Assembly (NCBI RefSeq): GCF_963921235.1
Contig: NC_086097.1
Coordinates: forward strand, 119,600,001-119,664,000
From: Mobula hypostoma
Taxonomy: Eukaryota
DNA length: 64,000 nt
Direction of reading: 5' to 3'
A program made the position numbers and the translations under genes. Positions 59,419 to 64,000 of the stretch are shown piece after piece; the first letter of the stretch is position 1, and the number at the start of each line of letters is the position of its first letter. Under the pieces are notes generated by a model. It was given only the letters and a program-made list of their open reading frames with translations, ran no database searches and was not told the DNA's origin.

Positions 59419-61261
59419 CACTAGTACTGCTGCATTGATCTTCACTCTGGAGTTCTGAACATATGAGATGTTTGTTTGAAATAAACTGTTGAGGCAAAAA
59501 TGGAGACTTATTTGACATAGTACTCAATAAGACTGATTTTATTGCAGACCGGTTTATCAAAATTATCACTTGCATATCACCATGAAGCATATATAAATTG
59601 ATATTGGCAGCTGAATTTGAGAATAGGAAGAGGAAGACTGTGCTTTTACCTTTCTCATGGATTTATAACTTAATTTATAACTTGGTGGAAGAAACAAACT
59701 TAATTTTTTAAAACTTTTGTCAGAACTCTGACATGCTTCCAGCTGGCAAGGATAGGCTGATGATAGGGCAAAATTGCAGTCAACAAGATAATTGCAATGT
59801 GAAAATCAGGCAAACTGGAAAATGGTGAATACAAGACTGAAGGTGTTATATTTTGAATGCGTGTATTACATGGAATAAGGTAGATGAACTCATAGCATAG
59901 TTGCAGATTCGCAGGTATACAGCTAAACAAAACATCACTCCTCTCATGTCACGATGCAAAACAGATCACTTTGTCACATTTACACATATAGTTATGATCT
60001 AACACATACTGTACAATCACAAAATAACATGTACACCAGTCCCTGAGTGACATGGCCTGAAGATCACATAAATTGTGAGGTGCATGCCTATGTAAGACAA
60101 TATAATATTACTGGCACTCTTATAATGAAACAAGCAGTCATATAGTAAATACGTGAAACACCAACAATAAAAGATGAAAAGTAAGCAGTGCAGGGTGAGT
60201 GTGTCCTGAGCTGGGATGGGGTCAGCAGGGTATGGAGACAGGGTGTACGTGTGTGCTGGGTGGCAGCAGGGTGTTAACAAGTCCAGGGGTGCAGGAGAAG
60301 TAGCTGTAACCCGTCCTAACAGTCTGGCTGTCAATTCAAAACCCTGCTTCAGATAAGTCCCCTTCACAACTGTTATAATATACGAAGAGCAACAATGTGA
60401 TTTCATCTGATGCAAATCCCAGTTGTTCATTGGAGAAAGTTGTTTATCATTTGCAATGTCAGTCAGTTGTGGGTACGTGCTGTGCTGATGTTCGACGGTG
60501 TATATTTATTACATGCCAGATTCAAAGAAGAATTACTATTGCCTTATGTTTAACCAGAAATGATGAATTCCAGCCTACTTCAGACAGCTGCAGTGAATAC
60601 TTTGGAGTACTGAAGTGACGCCCTTTGTGTTCAGTGCTAATGGTTGGTGGGGCTCTTTGGCTTTGATGAAAGAATATATCCCGAAGTTAGAAACATCAAG
60701 GAAGAAAATAGAAAAGTTTCTGGGTTACTTTTCATAGGTAGGTGACTCACATGTCTTATATATCAGGACTTGAGTTTGAAACAGCCTTTGGGCAAACATG
60801 TGTGACATACAGACCATCTTCAGAGTTACTATGACTGTGTGGTTGAAAGGTCCTTGAAGGAAGTAAGCACGCATTCACCATCTTGATATTTATGTTGAAA
60901 AAAGGGAACAATATTTACTAGTATCATTGATATTTTTTTCTCCAGCAAAATAGACTTCAGATAGTGTGCCTTTGAAGCTCAGTGGGAGAGGATTTAAAAT
61001 AGTAATTAAGCATACATGGGAACTTATAGGGGATATGAGCAGTCATTAAGTCCCTGCCTTTTGGAAATCAGATTGGACAGGTTCATTGGTGAATAAAGAC
61101 AACAGTGACTAACTATTTTTTTTACTTAATTGAGAACTAGGATAATGTTCTGCTTCTGTTGTTACATTATCTAGCTGCGTAGAAGTTCAGTGCGGAAACA
61201 GAATGGTATAATATTGTTTTCTTTTGCGGGATTTTTGTTTATTTCTCTTTCTTTCCTTTCT

Positions 61262-64000
61262 TTTTAAATCTTTTTATTGAGTAAGTATACAAAAAAGGTA
61301 AGCCATATAAACATTAATACAATGTTAAAGTATAATAAAATTCCAAAAGATAACAATACCAAAAAGAAAATACTACAAACAATGTAATTTAAGCATAAGA
61401 AACCAAGATAACATAATAGTATACTAGATTTTATATATATCAATGGAAAAAAAGAAAAAAAACCCCCCAAAAAAAAACCCACCGTGCAACTAACTAAAAG
61501 CAAAGCAAAGCAATGGGCTAACTTGAAACCAAACAGAGTTAAACTTAAAATCACGTCCTCAATCCCGACCTCCATTAAAACAGTAAAAAAAAACAAGAAG
61601 GGTAAATATTACATTAAATGAAAATATCGAATAAAAGGTCCCCAAATCTGTTCAAATTTAAATGAAGAATCATAAAGGTTACTTCTAATTTTCTCCAGAT
61701 TCAAACATAAAATCGTCTGAGAAAACCAAAAAAAGGTAGTTGGAGCATTAAGCTCTTTCCAATATTGTAAAATACATCTTTTCGCCATTAAAGTAAGAAA
61801 TGCAATCATTCTACGGGCTGAAGGGGAAAGATTACTAGAAATTTTAGGTAGTCCAAAGATAGCAGTAATAGGGTGAGGAGAGATATCTATATTTAATACC
61901 TTAGAAATAATATTGAAAATATCTCTCCAAAAAGTTTCCAAAGTAGGGCAAGACCAAAACATATGAGTTAAAGAGGCTATCTGCCCCGAACATCTATCAC
62001 AGAAAGGATTAATATGCGAGTAAAAACGCGCTAACTTATCTTTGGACATATGTGCTCTATGAACCACTTTAAATTGAATTAGGGAATGTTTAGCACAAAC
62101 AGAGGAAGTATTAACTAATTGTAAAATCTGCCCCCAATCATCCACAGAAATGGTAAGCCCCAATTCCTGTTCCCAATCTACCCTAATCTTATCAAATGGA
62201 GCTTTCCTAAGTTTCATAATAATATTATAAATCATAGCCGATGCACCTTTCTGACATGGATTGAGGTTAATTATCGAATCTAAAATATATGTAGGAGGAA
62301 GCATTGGAAAGGAAGAAAGTATAGTACTTAGGAAATTTCTAACTTGTAAATATCTAAAAAAATGTATTCTTGATAAGTTATATTTATTAGATAATTGTTC
62401 AAAAGACATAAGGGAACCATCTAAAAATAAATCCAAAAACCGTAAAATACCCTTAGTCTTCCAAGTTTGAAAAGCGCGATCCGTAAAAGAGGGAGGAAAA
62501 AATATGTTACCTAAAATAGGAATCGCTAACCCGAATTGATTAAGATCAAAAAATTTTCTGAATTGAAACCAAATACGCAAAGCATATTTAACAATCGGGT
62601 TAGAGACCTGCTTAAGGCGTTTCGAATCAAAAGGAAGAGATGAACCTAAAATAGAACCAAGTGTATAACCCTGAACAGATTGTAATTCCAATGCTACCCA
62701 TTTAGGAATAGATAGTATGTCCCGGTCAAGTAACCAAAATTTCATATGTCGAATATTAATAGCCCAATAATAGAATCTAAAGTTAGGTAATGCTAAACCT
62801 CCATCTCTCTTAGCTTTCTGTAAATGTATTTTACCCAGTCTCGGATTCTTATTCTGCCAAATAAATGAAGAAATTTTAGAGTCAACTTTATCAAAAAAAG
62901 ATTTAGGAACAAAAATTGGTAATGCCTGAAACACATATAAAAATTTTGGCAAAAAAAACATCTTAACTGCATTAATACGACCAATCAAAGTTAAATATAA
63001 GGGAAACCATTTAGATGAAAGTTGAGTAATATGGTCTATTAATGGTAAAAAGTTAGTCTTAAATAAATCTTTATGTTTACAAGTAATTTTAATCCCAAGA
63101 TATGAAAGATAATTATTAATCAATTTAAATGGAAATTTATAATATAAGGGAAGATGTTTATTAATCGGAAAAAGTTCACTCTTACTAAGATTTAATTTAT
63201 AACCTGAGAAAAGACCAAATTGTGCTAATAACTCTAAAACAGCAGGAATAGATCTCTCAGGATTAGAAATATATAAAAGTAAATCGTCAGCATAGAGTGA
63301 TAATTTATGGGACTTTAATCCCCGAGTTATCCCAGTAATATTTGAAGATTCTCGAATAGCAATTGCAAGAGGTTCTAATGCAATATCAAATAATAGGGGA
63401 CTAAGAGGACAGCCTTGTCGAGTACCACGAAAGAGAGGAAAAAAAGGTGAGTTTAAAGAGTTAGTACGAACCGAGGCTACAGGGGAGTGATATAACAGTT
63501 TAATCCAGGATATAAATTTCAAGCTAAAATTAAACATTTCAAGCACCTTAAATAAATAAGGCCATTCTACTCTATCAAAAGCTTTCTCGGCATCTAAAGA
63601 AATAACACACTCAGGAACATTTTGTGAGGGAGTATAAACGATATTTAACAATGTACGAATATTATAAAAAGAGTAACGACCTTTAATAAAACCCGTTTGG
63701 TCTTCCGAAATAATAGAAGGAAGTACTTTTTCTAGTCTATTTGCTAATAACTTAGAAAAAACTTTAGAATCAACATTTAATAAAGATATTGGTCTATAAG
63801 ATGCACATTGAGCAGGGTCTTTATCCTTCTTTAGTATTAAAGAAATTGATGCTCTATTAAAAGATTCCGGAAGTTTACCAAGTTTCAAAGAAGCCTCAAA
63901 AACTTTATAGAGCCAAGGAATCAATAAAGAGGCAAAACATTTATAAAATTCAACGGTAAACCCATCAGGGCCAGGAGCTTTCCCCAGATTCATAGAAAAA
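61262..64000 (-). mobile_element. Young L1-clade LINE, continuing past the right edge of the window
   Basis: Uninterrupted ORF2, ~340-bp 3' UTR, AATAAA at 61273-61278 (minus strand) and an A-rich tail. Confidence 0.95.
61609..63993 (-). CDS. L1 ORF2 protein, partial (RT domain and C-terminal CCHC zinc knuckle); frame open to the window edge
   Basis: 794 aa with KAPGPDGF, YRPISLLNVDSK, SLDAEKAFDRVEW, GTRQGCPLSPLLF, LYADD, YLGI and CDRCSGQIASLTHMFWSC. Confidence 0.95.
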   Translation of the reverse strand: MNLGKAPGPDGFTVEFYKCFASLLIPWLYKVFEASLKLGKLPESFNRASISLILKKDKDPAQCASYRPISLLNVDSKVFSKLLANRLEKVLPSIISEDQTGFIKGRYSFYNIRTLLNIVYTPSQNVPECVISLDAEKAFDRVEWPYLFKVLEMFNFSLKFISWIKLLYHSPVASVRTNSLNSPFFPLFRGTRQGCPLSPLLFDIALEPLAIAIRESSNITGITRGLKSHKLSLYADDLLLYISNPERSIPAVLELLAQFGLFSGYKLNLSKSELFPINKHLPLYYKFPFKLINNYLSYLGIKITCKHKDLFKTNFLPLIDHITQLSSKWFPLYLTLIGRINAVKMFFLPKFLYVFQALPIFVPKSFFDKVDSKISSFIWQNKNPRLGKIHLQKAKRDGGLALPNFRFYYWAINIRHMKFWLLDRDILSIPKWVALELQSVQGYTLGSILGSSLPFDSKRLKQVSNPIVKYALRIWFQFRKFFDLNQFGLAIPILGNIFFPPSFTDRAFQTWKTKGILRFLDLFLDGSLMSFEQLSNKYNLSRIHFFRYLQVRNFLSTILSSFPMLPPTYILDSIINLNPCQKGASAMIYNIIMKLRKAPFDKIRVDWEQELGLTISVDDWGQILQLVNTSSVCAKHSLIQFKVVHRAHMSKDKLARFYSHINPFCDRCSGQIASLTHMFWSCPTLETFWRDIFNIISKVLNIDISPHPITAIFGLPKISSNLSPSARRMIAFLTLMAKRCILQYWKELNAPTTFFWFSQTILCLNLEKIRSNLYDSSFKFEQIWGPFIRYFHLM

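Overview
This is AT-rich eukaryotic (vertebrate) DNA, dominated by transposable elements. The repeat mix (CR1 with short microsatellite tails, Rex1/Babar, V-domain SINEs, Penelope-like elements, fish-type L1, Tc1 derivatives) suggests a cartilaginous fish, probably a ray; this is inference only. I found no host gene I can support, and no rRNA, tRNA or CRISPR array, so the window looks intronic or intergenic. The only long intact ORF is an L1 ORF2 (61609-63993, minus strand) that runs off the right edge. The most interesting signal is a family of Penelope-like element (PLE) 3'-end copies carrying a minimal type I hammerhead ribozyme core (AGTC-CTGANGA-stem II-GAAA-CGTC-GACT). Several are asymmetric fold-back insertions bounded by 11-15 bp target-site duplications (TSDs), and two of the hammerhead cores are split by CR1 insertions. 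Also resolved: four solo LTRs with 4-5 bp TSDs, a Harbinger-type element with 26-bp TIRs, several three-level nested insertions, and repeated microhomology between LINE 3' tails and their target sites. Boundaries of old, degenerate repeats are approximate; TSD and TIR coordinates were counted by hand.
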